Shown here: positions 30,102 through 39,770 of the stretch, piece after piece | How the letters are laid out: each line of letters begins with the position of its first letter | How positions within the stretch are numbered: position 1 is the first letter of the stretch | From: Methanobacteriota archaeon | GTDB lineage: Archaea; Thermoplasmatota; Thermoplasmata; SG8-5; JAGLSY01 | NCBI GenBank assembly: GCA_020697715.1 | Contig: JAEHCO010000001.1 | Location: 256,001 to 320,000, forward strand | Length of the DNA stretch: 64,000 nt | Direction: 5' to 3' | The notes under the pieces: generated by a model | What the model was told of the DNA's origin: nothing | The model's input: the letters and a program-made list of their open reading frames with translations, nothing else | Database searches by the model: none | Program-made: the position numbers and the translations under genes

Positions 30102-31265
30102 ATGACGAGCAAACATTATCTGATATTTGGAGCTGGGCAAATGGGGAAAGCAATTGCTTATGATATTGCCAAGTTCTCACCTGAGGCGGATATCACGCTG
30201 GCAGACTTGAATGTGCCAGCGGGTGAAAGTATTGTGGAATGGCTTGGTAAATGCCATCCCTCAAGACCTGGAGGTATGGTCTTTGAAAAGCTGGACGCTT
30301 CGGATGATCAGCATATTCTGAGACTGATGAAGGATGCGGATATTGCCATTGTCGCACTTCCCTATTCCTTCAATATCAGGTTATTACAACTGGCCATACA
30401 GACAGGCACACACTTTTGCGATCTGGGTGGCAATGATTCCATTGTCGGAGAGCAGTTGAAGATGCAGGAAAAGGCCAAAGAAGCTGGTGTTTTGGCCATT
30501 CCTGATTGTGGATTGGCTCCCGGGATGGCGAATGTCATCGCGATGCATTCCATAAAAGATATGGAGATCGTCAATAAGCTCCATATTCGTGTTGGTGGCC
30601 TGCCACAGAATCCAAAACCTCCATTGAACTACCAGCTCTTTTTTTCGGTCAAGGGCCTTATCAATGAATACAAAGAGGATTGCATGGTTCTGGAAGGTGG
30701 GAGGATCAAACTCCTGGATCCCATGATCGATACAGAAGAACTTCACTTTAACGGTCTTGGAAAAATGGAGGCCTTCAATACCTCTGGTGGGGCGGCCTGG
30801 CTTCCATACTTACTGGAAGGAAAGGTGGACGAGCTCAATTATAAGACCATCAGATATCCTGGCCATGCGGTGATCATCAAGGCCATGCTGGATCTCGGTC
30901 TGACAAGTGAGGAGAAACTGGAGTGCGGGTGTGATACCACTCCACGTGATGTTCTGGAAACCCAATTGATCAGATCATTGACAGGCACGGACAAGGATGT
31001 TGTTCTTGTTCGTGTTGTCGCAAGTGGTGTGGCAGATGGCCAGTCTGTGGAACGAACCTATGATCTGGATGATAGGTTCGATGATGACACTGGACTTACG
31101 GCGATGATGCGTACGACATCCTTTCCCACGGCCATTATCGCGCAGATGGTGGTTGATGGGATCATCAACGAACACGGTGTGATGACCCCGGAGACCTGCG
31201 TGCCAGGAGACCTATTGCTCAATGAAATGGAGAAGAGGAATATAATCTTCAAGATCAGCCAATGA
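30102..31265 (+). CDS. Saccharopine dehydrogenase / lysine 6-dehydrogenase family protein
   Basis: GAGQMG, DLGGN, CGLAPG, VGGLPQ.PKPPLNY, EAFNTSGG, YKTIRYPGH, TAMMRTT. Confidence 0.9.
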   Translation: MTSKHYLIFGAGQMGKAIAYDIAKFSPEADITLADLNVPAGESIVEWLGKCHPSRPGGMVFEKLDASDDQHILRLMKDADIAIVALPYSFNIRLLQLAIQTGTHFCDLGGNDSIVGEQLKMQEKAKEAGVLAIPDCGLAPGMANVIAMHSIKDMEIVNKLHIRVGGLPQNPKPPLNYQLFFSVKGLINEYKEDCMVLEGGRIKLLDPMIDTEELHFNGLGKMEAFNTSGGAAWLPYLLEGKVDELNYKTIRYPGHAVIIKAMLDLGLTSEEKLECGCDTTPRDVLETQLIRSLTGTDKDVVLVRVVASGVADGQSVERTYDLDDRFDDDTGLTAMMRTTSFPTAIIAQMVVDGIINEHGVMTPETCVPGDLLLNEMEKRNIIFKISQ

Positions 31266-31338
31266 TCATTGGAAAAAATGGGAAATCCCAGGGTCTTCCC
31301 AGAATCCACTTAAATATCTATATCGCATTATTAGGTAT

Positions 31339-31674
31339 ATGAATGGAAAGATGAAGGGATTGATAATTACAGCCATTATTATGATATTACTTGGCGTGCT
31401 GGTGAATCCCATATTTCCAGTTGGATTTGGAGGTATATTATTATTGATAGTATGGAACTCCATTGACGCATATGGTGGAAATCCATATAAGAAAAGGCTC
31501 ATGCTACAAAGAAAGAGCGTGTTTACGAAATCATATTACAGATCTGCTGGATCAGATGAGATCGCAGGTGATAGAAAATATGGTGTCAATCCAACTGTGT
31601 TCGTCTTCAGCCTGGGGATAATGGAGATATTTATCGGATTCATTGTGGCATTATCAGATATAGTGATCTTCTGA
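31339..31674 (+). CDS. Small membrane hypothetical protein
   Basis: 111 aa with three hydrophobic segments. Confidence 0.6.
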   Translation: MNGKMKGLIITAIIMILLGVLVNPIFPVGFGGILLLIVWNSIDAYGGNPYKKRLMLQRKSVFTKSYYRSAGSDEIAGDRKYGVNPTVFVFSLGIMEIFIGFIVALSDIVIF

Positions 31675-31686
31675 TCGCCTATGTTC

Positions 31687-31741
31687 TTTCTGATCGCCTA
31701 TATTTTGAATATCACTAGCGATTAGAAAAACTAATACGATT
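31687..31741 (-). repeat. Palindromic intergenic repeat family B, copy 2
   Basis: Reverse complement reads AATCGTATTAGTTTTTCTAATCGCTAGTGATATTCAAAATATAGGCGATCAGAAA. One arm is tandemly duplicated at 31669-31682. Confidence 0.85.
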
Positions 31742-31769
31742 ATATTCATTATTTATTCAGAGTATTTGT

Positions 31770-32249
31770 TTACCTATCTAGTTCTGAAAGGCCCATCCTC
31801 TCAAGTACCAGATCCGTGATATTGCTCTCATCCACCTGGGCCATGATGCCGAATTCACTGGCTCGGCCGATATCTGGCTCCAGGACAGTGTCATCACATT
31901 GCCACCCCATACGAGTTAGAAAAATATCTGGGTCTACATCCCCATGTATTATGATGGCAAGGCTCTCCAAATCGGCTTTAATCCCCATCTTCTGGATAGC
32001 TTTGGATATCTGCCTCTCCGCTCCAGCATACAGTAATACTTCCGTCGGTATGGATTTGGATATGTTCCGGCTCTGAGAAAAGGCCCTTTCAGCTTTTTCT
32101 ACAGCCACTATCAAATGCTCTTTACCAAAGACCAGACCGGCATCCAGTATTTGGATCTCCACGCCCATATCCTGAGATATGTCATTCACTTTCTCAAGTA
32201 TTTGATCCACATCGACTATGGTGTATTTGGAACCAATTATTACAGCCAT
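31770..32249 (-). CDS. cgi121: KEOPS complex subunit Cgi121
   Basis: IQILDA.LVFGKEHL..A..KA.RAF...RNIS.S...EVLLYAGAERQISKAI..MG. Confidence 0.9.
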   Translation of the reverse strand: MAVIIGSKYTIVDVDQILEKVNDISQDMGVEIQILDAGLVFGKEHLIVAVEKAERAFSQSRNISKSIPTEVLLYAGAERQISKAIQKMGIKADLESLAIIIHGDVDPDIFLTRMGWQCDDTVLEPDIGRASEFGIMAQVDESNITDLVLERMGLSELDR

Positions 32250-34093
32250 GTTTTCTTCCTCTCGCCTTTCTTATCTTTATAGACCTTGAGTATGTCGTTC
32301 CTTGAAAGGAATCCAACAAGCTGGTCAGGCTCCTCTCTTGAAACAACTGGCAGGTGGCCCAATTCCATGGATGACATCAGCTCCATCGCCTCCTCCAGGG
32401 TCATGTCTGGATAGACGATCTGAAGATCTTTCTTGGTCTCTATATCACATATATTGGAATCTGCCAGACCTGAGGCCATTGCCTTCCTTACATCCGAATG
32501 GGTCACGATCCCAACAAGCTTTCCATCCGGGCATATGCATGGGAAACCCTGGAAGCCAGATTCCAAAATTATGTCCGAGACCTCTCTGACCTTCATATCT
32601 TCTCTGGCCGTTGTCACATTCTTCACCATCGCGTCCCCGACAGATATGGTTTCCAGAATATTGATCTCTCTCTCATAAGAGTATTTGATGCCTTTCCTGT
32701 TCAGCTTCTTGGTGTAGATAGTATCCTTGGATAATATCTTGGTAACTCCATCACTGACCACGCAGGCGAACATCAAAGGCAGGATGATCTGATAATTACT
32801 GGTCATCTCGAACATGATGAGAATTGCTGTGAGCGTGGCTCTACTGGTACCTGCGAATACCGCCGCCATGCCAACAAGTGCATAGGCCCCATATGGGACT
32901 GGAAGTGAGGGGAAGAAGATATTGACACCAACTCCAAAGGCTCCACCAACCGCTGCCCCGATGAACAGGGAGGGAGCGAAAACTCCACCAGAGCCACCAG
33001 AGCCAAGTGTCAGGCTGGTCGCGAAGATCTTTAGCAAAGCCAAGCCCACTAAAAGGAATAGAAGAGAGTATGTAGCATCAGCACCCAATGCTTCATAGTT
33101 CGTAGGATCGAGTATTGGCATCATGGTACCATACCCAGTACCGAAAACATAGTAATGCCCGAGGTAATAATATGTCACAAGTCCAACAATACCAAGCGCA
33201 AGGCCACCTACCATTGGCTTGAAATATTCTGGTATCTTGATATTGTCAAATGCATCCTCGAATTTGTAAAGAAGATAAACAAATAACATGGCGGCCAGTC
33301 CACTCACTATCCCAAGAAGGATGTACAATGGCATTTCTGTAAGTGGCTGTGTCAGGGTGTATATGTCCTTGATGGGAAAGGCGATCTCCACACCAAATAC
33401 GGCGTGAGCCACTATCGTGGCCGTTACTGAGGATATGACCAGTGGAATGAAAGAACGGGTCTTGAACTCCAGAAGGATCAATTCAATAGCGAACATCATG
33501 GCACCTAAAGGTGCATTGAAAGTGGCTGCTATTCCGGCAGCCGCACCGCAGGCGAGAAGTGTTCTTGTGTCATTGGGAGCCAGTCCGAGGGCTTGCCCAA
33601 GAGCGGAGCCGCCAGTCGCTCCTATCTGGACGATCGGTCCCTCCCTTCCTGCAGAGCCACCAGATCCTATGCAGATGGCGGAGGATAATATCTTGACAAT
33701 ACCCACTCGGGGTCGTATCTTACCCTCATTGGCTATCATGGCGCCCATGACCTCTGGCACTCCATGACCCTTGGCCTCGGAGGCGAATTTCCAGACCAAG
33801 AGTCCGACGATCAATCCGCCTATGGCGGGCGCGATGAACACCATCCATCCAAGATCACTCTCAAGATAGGAAAATGGTCCATCCGAATAAAAACCAAAGA
33901 GACGCCCGATACCGTTTATCATGTACCTGAACACCACTGCTCCGATACCAGCTATCATACCCACTATGACTGCAAGCCATCCGAGAATAGCATATTCTCT
34001 CACATCCTGCTTATGGTGGTCGTGGATCATGTCCTGACCCTGTCTCATTGCCTTTGTTACAGGGTTTTTTGTGGGTTTTCTTTCCTTGGTCAT
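32240..34093 (-). CDS. ClC chloride channel/transporter with two CBS domains
   Basis: GHGVPEV, GGSAGREGP, AATFNAP, GGSGGVFAPSL, C-terminal CBS pair. Confidence 0.95.
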   Translation of the reverse strand: MTKERKPTKNPVTKAMRQGQDMIHDHHKQDVREYAILGWLAVIVGMIAGIGAVVFRYMINGIGRLFGFYSDGPFSYLESDLGWMVFIAPAIGGLIVGLLVWKFASEAKGHGVPEVMGAMIANEGKIRPRVGIVKILSSAICIGSGGSAGREGPIVQIGATGGSALGQALGLAPNDTRTLLACGAAAGIAATFNAPLGAMMFAIELILLEFKTRSFIPLVISSVTATIVAHAVFGVEIAFPIKDIYTLTQPLTEMPLYILLGIVSGLAAMLFVYLLYKFEDAFDNIKIPEYFKPMVGGLALGIVGLVTYYYLGHYYVFGTGYGTMMPILDPTNYEALGADATYSLLFLLVGLALLKIFATSLTLGSGGSGGVFAPSLFIGAAVGGAFGVGVNIFFPSLPVPYGAYALVGMAAVFAGTSRATLTAILIMFEMTSNYQIILPLMFACVVSDGVTKILSKDTIYTKKLNRKGIKYSYEREINILETISVGDAMVKNVTTAREDMKVREVSDIILESGFQGFPCICPDGKLVGIVTHSDVRKAMASGLADSNICDIETKKDLQIVYPDMTLEEAMELMSSMELGHLPVVSREEPDQLVGFLSRNDILKVYKDKKGERKKTWL

Positions 34094-34161
34094 TTGTTAG
34101 GCGATATAACCCCCTATATAAATCGTTATCTTATTATGTAAGAAGCTTCTATATGTTTATC

Positions 34162-34710
34162 ATGGCCGAGCCCAGCTTATTGGAGCCATTTAGACTTCGC
34201 AAGGAAGATGTCCACACCTTTATCAGCAACAGTGATAACCATATCATGAGAAAGGGAAAGGACATGATCGGCTTCTTTCAGGAAGATGCTGACCCAGATA
34301 GGTTGATATACGAGGTCTTCGAGATACGTGGACCCCACTCTACAGATATGGGATTGACCATCATGAAACCTGGAAAAATAGGTAGAGAATATCATATGAC
34401 CAAGGGCCATTTCCACGAATCTGAAAGTGCGGATGAATATTACTTCTGCCTGTCAGGAAAAGGCATTATAGTCATGCAATCTGCTGAAGGCGAGATCAGA
34501 CATTTGCCTATGAATGAAGGAGGAGGAGTGTATGTTCCTTCTGGATGGGCACATAGGACCATCAATATTGGAGATGATGATTTCATGCTCCTGGCCATCT
34601 TCCCAAAAGATGCTGGCCATGATTATGGCACCATTGAGGAGAAGGGATTCAGGATTGTCGTGATGGAAGTTGATGGTCAATTCGCTGTTATGGACAATCC
34701 ATCTTTTTGA
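34162..34710 (+). CDS. Cupin-type glucose-6-phosphate isomerase (archaeal PGI)
   Basis: LIYEVF, PGKIGREYHMTKGHFH..E.Y..LSG.G, YVPSGWAHRTIN.G, AGHDYG.I...GF. Confidence 0.9.
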   Translation: MAEPSLLEPFRLRKEDVHTFISNSDNHIMRKGKDMIGFFQEDADPDRLIYEVFEIRGPHSTDMGLTIMKPGKIGREYHMTKGHFHESESADEYYFCLSGKGIIVMQSAEGEIRHLPMNEGGGVYVPSGWAHRTINIGDDDFMLLAIFPKDAGHDYGTIEEKGFRIVVMEVDGQFAVMDNPSF

Positions 34711-34919
34711 GAGAAATATACCCAAAAACGAAATATAGGTATTCATTATTGATGGTGCGTTCGTCATTCAAAATGAGAGTCTTCCTGGCCAAGTGTTGGG
34801 GAATACAGAAAGAATGAGCGGATATGTCCCGAGGTGCGAACCACAGGACGATAATAAGACAGCGAATAAACAGTCCTGTGGTTACTGCCACGGGACAACG
34901 AATAGATATAGAACATAAT

Positions 34920-34991
34920 AGTCCCGTGGTGTAGCGGTTATCATGCTTGCCTTTGGAGCAAGCGACAGCGGTTCAAATCCGCTCGGGACTA
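34920..34991 (+). tRNA. tRNA-Gln(TTG)
   Basis: Acceptor AGTCCCG/CGGGACT, anticodon arm CTTGC-CT-TTG-GA-GCAAG, GGTTCAAATCC, T-run after the gene. Confidence 0.96.
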
Positions 34992-35054
34992 CTTTTTTCT
35001 TCTTCGAGTCTTCCATAAACCTAAATACCAAAATATCAATATTCCAATGTAGGG

Positions 35055-35843
35055 ATGCACTTGTTCGGTCGTAAGGATAATATCAAGGGAGATGAAACCA
35101 CCCAGGCACTGATGAAGCAGGGTGTGTACAATGTTCCCAATAGAATGTACGACCATCCATTTCACATGGATTCCAAAGCAATAAAGAAAAAGAAGATATA
35201 TGGATTCTGGCCGGGATTGAAATACACCGTGGTCCTGTCCATCCTGCTCTTCTGGATGCCCCCCTTCGGACAGGTGATAGCTGGTTATGTCGGTGGAAGA
35301 AAAGCCGGCACTCCGACAAAGGGAATTTTTGCAACTCTTGTGCCTGTTATCGTGGTATTTTTGGTATTCGGCCTGGCCAGCCTCGGAACTCTTTCAAGCG
35401 TGGAGGATCTCTGGAACAATACATCGGGATCCGTGTTCGACACAGCATCTGGCATTCCTTTGATAGGCCCAATTGCAGATTTTTCCATCGAGTATATGGG
35501 ATTCTTATCCAGTTATATCGGCCTGGACAATGCCTGGATAGCGCCTTATATCCTGACCGTTCTATTTGGTTACGTGGGGGGTATTCTATCCCTCCAGCAT
35601 AAGAGAGAATTGAAAGAATACGAGCACATATTGCACAATACTGCAAGCCCCAGTATAATTCAGATACATAGTGGCTCAGACCCGGAGATCAAACCAGCCA
35701 TATACCCCACCCCCGATGCAAATGGACAAGAGGAGGTGCATGTGGACCTGAACGAGATCGAGAGAGATAATGAGCAGATCGGTATGGATGGTGACATACC
35801 GGTGATCATGGGGAAAAAGCCTAAGGATTGGGATGAAAAGTAG
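35055..35843 (+). CDS. Hypothetical membrane protein
   Basis: LLFWMPPFGQVIAGYVGGRKAG TM hairpin motif and several TM segments. Confidence 0.75.
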   Translation: MHLFGRKDNIKGDETTQALMKQGVYNVPNRMYDHPFHMDSKAIKKKKIYGFWPGLKYTVVLSILLFWMPPFGQVIAGYVGGRKAGTPTKGIFATLVPVIVVFLVFGLASLGTLSSVEDLWNNTSGSVFDTASGIPLIGPIADFSIEYMGFLSSYIGLDNAWIAPYILTVLFGYVGGILSLQHKRELKEYEHILHNTASPSIIQIHSGSDPEIKPAIYPTPDANGQEEVHVDLNEIERDNEQIGMDGDIPVIMGKKPKDWDEK

Positions 35844-35930
35844 AAATATGTATTTGTCATTACCCAAATTTGATAGAACAAACTCTGAAATGTTAAATTT
35901 GGGCCATTAGAGTTGTTATTGTTATTTAAT

Positions 35931-36003
35931 GCAGGTGTGATCTAGTCTGGTAGGATCCAAGCTTCCCAAGCTTGATGCTCGGGTTCAAATCCCGGCACCT
36001 GCA
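35931..36003 (+). tRNA. tRNA-Gly(CCC)
   Basis: Acceptor GCAGGTG/CACCTGC, anticodon arm CAAGC-TT-CCC-AA-GCTTG, GGTTCAAATCC. Confidence 0.95.
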
Positions 36004-36085
36004 TCCCCAATTTCTTCTTTTTAGTCCATCCACTATCAAAACGCTCTGCTAGTAACCATATTTCATTCTGATAAGAAAATGAGAA

Positions 36086-36343
36086 CTATTGCTTGACCTG
36101 TTCAAGCTGGCTGATTATATTCCAGATTAGTGTACGTCCATGTAGAGGTATATTTGGATCATTGGCCAGTTCGTCCATGACGAATATCGCACTGGCTATC
36201 CTCACATCAAGAGCTTCATCTCTCTTTAACAATCTGGTCTTACACTCTGAAGCTCCCCTTCTGATGTTCCTGGGGACGGTTGTGTCTTCGGTTAGCTGGT
36301 CAAGTACAGATATGACCTGCTGAAGTTTTTCCTCTGCATCCAT
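36086..36343 (-). CDS. UPF0147 family protein
   Basis: L.EDTTVPRNIRR.A, MDELANDPNIPLHGRTLIW.IIS.LE. Confidence 0.92.
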   Translation of the reverse strand: MDAEEKLQQVISVLDQLTEDTTVPRNIRRGASECKTRLLKRDEALDVRIASAIFVMDELANDPNIPLHGRTLIWNIISQLEQVKQ

Positions 36344-36477
36344 TATAATCACCTTGTATTTTTGGCCGGATAACACAATTGTGCAATTAAGCCTTTCCCA
36401 TGATTCGAGCCTTGGTACTTAGGGATGTTCCCAAATTCATTGAAGAACATTCATAGTCTTTAAAATGATATACATGA

Positions 36478-37014
36478 CTATGGCATTATGTAGCTGGTGG
36501 TGTCTGGATAGATCATTCTCTCAAATTCCAATACCTTGTGTAATACTAGATCTGTTCTTAGATTGCTTATGGTCACATTGAAAGAGCCTTTGACCAAATA
36601 TCCTTCTGCATTATGAGCCAATGACACGGTATAATTCTCATGTATGGTCCCACCAATGACAGAATACACACCATCTATGATGGTTCTGATATCTCCGCCC
36701 AACCAAATGTCAAATCCTTCCTCAGCCATGATGTTGACATGGCTGTCGAAATCATCATTGAAACCAGAGATATCATTCTCCTGGATCGATTGCCTGGCCG
36801 TGTATATTGCGTGATTTTCCAGATCACGCACGATCTCCTGGGACTTGGACTCCATTTTGGAAATATCCTCCATGCGCAGTCTATAATTGGAATCAACATT
36901 GGTGACGTATGAAAGATAGGACACTGTAAAACTTGCAAAGAACAATAGGACTATGGCCATCAGGGAAAATGATGATACCGCCCTTTCATCCGAAAGCAGT
37001 CTCCTTCTTGACAT
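36478..37014 (-). CDS. Pilin-like secreted protein with class III signal peptide
   Basis: MSRRRLLSDERA|VSSFSLMAIVLLFF: basic leader, R-A cleavage site, hydrophobic helix. Confidence 0.6.
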   Translation of the reverse strand: MSRRRLLSDERAVSSFSLMAIVLLFFASFTVSYLSYVTNVDSNYRLRMEDISKMESKSQEIVRDLENHAIYTARQSIQENDISGFNDDFDSHVNIMAEEGFDIWLGGDIRTIIDGVYSVIGGTIHENYTVSLAHNAEGYLVKGSFNVTISNLRTDLVLHKVLEFERMIYPDTTSYIMP

Positions 37015-37057
37015 TTAAGCCTCCATCATGATAAACATTGGAACTTCTATCATCCTA

Positions 37058-37495
37058 TCACATTGGGCGATAACTGGCCACTTCTCCATCCTTGAATGTG
37101 ATCATATAATGTATCCCAGCCTTTTGTGTGTTCTTGAGCAGGAACTCTGTATAATCACTTCCTTTTTCAATGCTTCTTACCATTACTAATTCTTCAGAGG
37201 TCGCATCAAGATTCTCAACTATCCAGCTCTTCACTTTATCATAATCCGCCTGCCATTTATCCGAGTCAACTACAACGAGTTTCTCACCATCTTTGACTAC
37301 AGAATCAGTGATCACCATGTCAGGTGGCAAGATATTCACCCCACATTTGACCCCGTAATTATTATCCTTGCCCAGTCCCCAATATCCCACAGCGGTCTCT
37401 ATTATACCACTGACCTTCTCACCAGGTTCTACCTCGCACTGGATGCTCGAGCTGTCCTCGGACATCGCATTGCTTAAAAGTATCCGAATTCCCAT
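37058..37495 (-). CDS. Hypothetical protein with N-terminal ubiquitin-like (beta-grasp) domain
   Basis: IRILLSNAM...IQCEVEPGEKVSGIIETAVGYW...YGVKCG..ILP..VITDSVVKDGEKLVVV follows a Ub/YukD-like pattern. Confidence 0.55.
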   Translation of the reverse strand: MGIRILLSNAMSEDSSSIQCEVEPGEKVSGIIETAVGYWGLGKDNNYGVKCGVNILPPDMVITDSVVKDGEKLVVVDSDKWQADYDKVKSWIVENLDATSEELVMVRSIEKGSDYTEFLLKNTQKAGIHYMITFKDGEVASYRPM

Positions 37496-37593
37496 ATTCT
37501 CACTATAAGTATGTATATGGGACACGATTAAAAACCTTCCTATCTAGGCCTTGGATCACTTAGAGCCACATAGGGGTAAACACCTACTCATGC

Positions 37594-38463
37594 TCAAACC
37601 ATTTTCCTGAATTCCCTGGCAGTGAAAGCCAAGGATAGCGGGTTTTGAAAAGAACCCGCTAGGCATCCGCAATTGGAGCAATCCGTGCTTGGACCAAAAC
37701 ATCGCCTTGTATTCCAATTCACATCATAATGTAGTACATCGTCACCCCAGTAGCACCAGCCGCGATGATCGGGCTTCTCATACCAATCCAGCATATTGAT
37801 ACTGGGCAGGAATTGCTTGGGATGGATCTGCTTCACTCTCTTGAGCTCATCAACTATGAGCTTCCTTTCCTCGGCTTTGACATGCATAGGTATCTTGATC
37901 TCTGTTCCGGAAGCACAGATATTGCAGACCACGCCTCTGAAACCATGCTCTTTAGATAGCTGGACGACGTCGTCCAATTCCTTGTAATTATCCATGGTTA
38001 TCGTCATATTGATGGCCACGCGCTTGTCCCCGGAGTAATTCTTCAAGATCTTGTCAAAACCACCTGCTCCCCTGATCGAATCATTGGTCTCCCGCATGCC
38101 GTCCAATGATACGTAAAGTAGATGGTCGAACTCTTTCGGAATGAAGATCGTTCCATTTGTGATCACATACACGAATGGGAAAGTGTCATGAGCCAGCATG
38201 AGCACGTCATTCCTCATAGCTGGCTCGCCACCTACAAGCAGGACGAATCTAATGCCCTGTTTGTAAAGATCTACGAACCGCTTTTTCCAAATATTGATGA
38301 ATATATCCTCTTTCTCAAAATCATCCTTGCCATGAAAATGATAGCAATGCCCACATCGGAGATTGCAATTATCGGTGACGTCGATCTCGGCAAAGTACTT
38401 GACACCTCGAATTTTCCTTCTCAATTCGAGGTAAGCCAGATACGGAATATCAGAGTTTTTCAT
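37594..38463 (-). CDS. Radical SAM protein with C-terminal Cys-rich (SPASM/twitch-like) domain
   Basis: CNLRCGHC, GGEP, ITNGT, VSLDG...NDSIRG, C-terminal C..RRCFG..DCSNCGC. Confidence 0.9.
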   Translation of the reverse strand: MKNSDIPYLAYLELRRKIRGVKYFAEIDVTDNCNLRCGHCYHFHGKDDFEKEDIFINIWKKRFVDLYKQGIRFVLLVGGEPAMRNDVLMLAHDTFPFVYVITNGTIFIPKEFDHLLYVSLDGMRETNDSIRGAGGFDKILKNYSGDKRVAINMTITMDNYKELDDVVQLSKEHGFRGVVCNICASGTEIKIPMHVKAEERKLIVDELKRVKQIHPKQFLPSINMLDWYEKPDHRGWCYWGDDVLHYDVNWNTRRCFGPSTDCSNCGCLAGSFQNPLSLAFTAREFRKMV

Positions 38464-38849
38464 TGTTTCAGATAGTCACACACATAGAGCGTGGGCTTCT
38501 TAACATTAAGCACCAGATCCTTGCCCGCAGGTATCAGCAATGTGTCGTATTGCTTTGGCACGATATCACCCTTGCCAACACCCCAGGCTATCTCCCCATG
38601 CAAAAAGTGCATGGTCTCCTGATTGCCTCCGACATTGAAGACGAACTCGCCAACTGGCAGGTATCCGAATGTCGAAGGAGAAGCTTTGCCCTGCCCCTCG
38701 ATAACCGTGCTCATGACGCCATTATCGTACTCGTTTATCTTTCCGGGCTGCGTGCCCCGGAAATAATCCGCAATTCCTGGGAATGACTCGGCCAGTAACT
38801 GGAAATCTATCTGCTTGCTAAGGAACATCTCTTTAACTTTTGAATCCAT
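38460..38849 (-). CDS. ppnP: PpnP-like pyrimidine/purine nucleoside phosphorylase (cupin)
   Basis: NEYDNGVMS...STFGYLPVGEFVF...ETMHFLHG...IPAG..L.LNV.KPTLYVCDY aligns with the PpnP pattern NEYF.G.VKS...GEYTF...E.M....G...Y.C.Y. Confidence 0.7.
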   Translation of the reverse strand: MDSKVKEMFLSKQIDFQLLAESFPGIADYFRGTQPGKINEYDNGVMSTVIEGQGKASPSTFGYLPVGEFVFNVGGNQETMHFLHGEIAWGVGKGDIVPKQYDTLLIPAGKDLVLNVKKPTLYVCDYLKQ

Positions 38850-38850
38850 A

Positions 38851-38900
38851 TTTTCACCTATACAAGGGTGAATGTCGATGTGTTTGATATGCTTTTTGGG
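38851..38900 (-). promoter_or_regulatory. Shared leader/promoter module, copy 1
   Basis: About 40 of 51 aligned columns identical to 39696-39746; ends in SD AGGTGA. Confidence 0.7.
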
Positions 38901-38909
38901 CTAATTCAT

Positions 38910-39695
38910 TTATTGAATTATATTTAGAATTTTCTCACCCTCGATATATGCTCTTTTGAGAAATTCACCATGGTCTTTGATATATGAATTCATAATCATC
39001 AGCTCCAGCATGACTGGGTTGCTGTATTTCGAGTGCTTGAGCAGTCTGCATATCTCGTCAAAATCCACAAATCCCTCGCCCGGGATCGCATGATCGATGA
39101 AGGGGCGTATTCGATCCGATAAATGCACGGAAATCACCCTGTTGCCAAACTCCTCTAGCAGGTTGAAATCCCTTGGCCCATCCACTTGATCATGGGATGA
39201 ATCATAACAAAAGCCAAAGACCTCCGGGTCTAGCTGAGGCAGACCTCTTCTCAAGACCTCGGTCGCATTATCTGGATGCATGTTCTCGACAGCTATTTTG
39301 ATATTATTTTGTTCAAGTGTGGGTCGGAACCTTGCACAAGTATCCAATAACGACTTCACTTTCTGCTCTATTTGAGATTCGCATATCTCAAATCCAGTCA
39401 CCGGGTGCACGACAATTATCGGAACATCCAGTTCCTTCGCGGCTTCGATAATCCCATTCAATATTTTATCACAATTTGGATTGTCAGTACCGCAGCCGTG
39501 GATGGTGTCAATTGAAAGCCCATATTCTTTCAATTGCTCTTTGATCAACTTTCGATTTTCCTTATCCAGGATATTCGAATGCTCATACCTCCCACTAATA
39601 GAGAAGTGGTTGAAGCCAGCGGATGAGATCATTTCCAATTGTTCATCAAAAGGAATATTGTAATCAAAGCAGGTGGCTATTGAGATTTGCTTCAT
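38910..39695 (-). CDS. Sugar phosphate isomerase/epimerase (xylose isomerase-like TIM barrel)
   Basis: IVVHP, IAVEN, FCYDSSH, VHLSD...DH.IPGEG.VDF, MLEL. Confidence 0.88.
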   Translation of the reverse strand: MKQISIATCFDYNIPFDEQLEMISSAGFNHFSISGRYEHSNILDKENRKLIKEQLKEYGLSIDTIHGCGTDNPNCDKILNGIIEAAKELDVPIIVVHPVTGFEICESQIEQKVKSLLDTCARFRPTLEQNNIKIAVENMHPDNATEVLRRGLPQLDPEVFGFCYDSSHDQVDGPRDFNLLEEFGNRVISVHLSDRIRPFIDHAIPGEGFVDFDEICRLLKHSKYSNPVMLELMIMNSYIKDHGEFLKRAYIEGEKILNIIQ

Positions 39696-39746
39696 TTTTC
39701 ACCTCATATGGAAGTGGATGGTGATGTGTTAGATATGTTTTTGGGG
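39696..39746 (-). promoter_or_regulatory. Shared leader/promoter module, copy 2
   Basis: Homologous to 38851-38900. Confidence 0.7.
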
Positions 39747-39770
39747 TTTTTGTAATAATCCAAAAACTCC

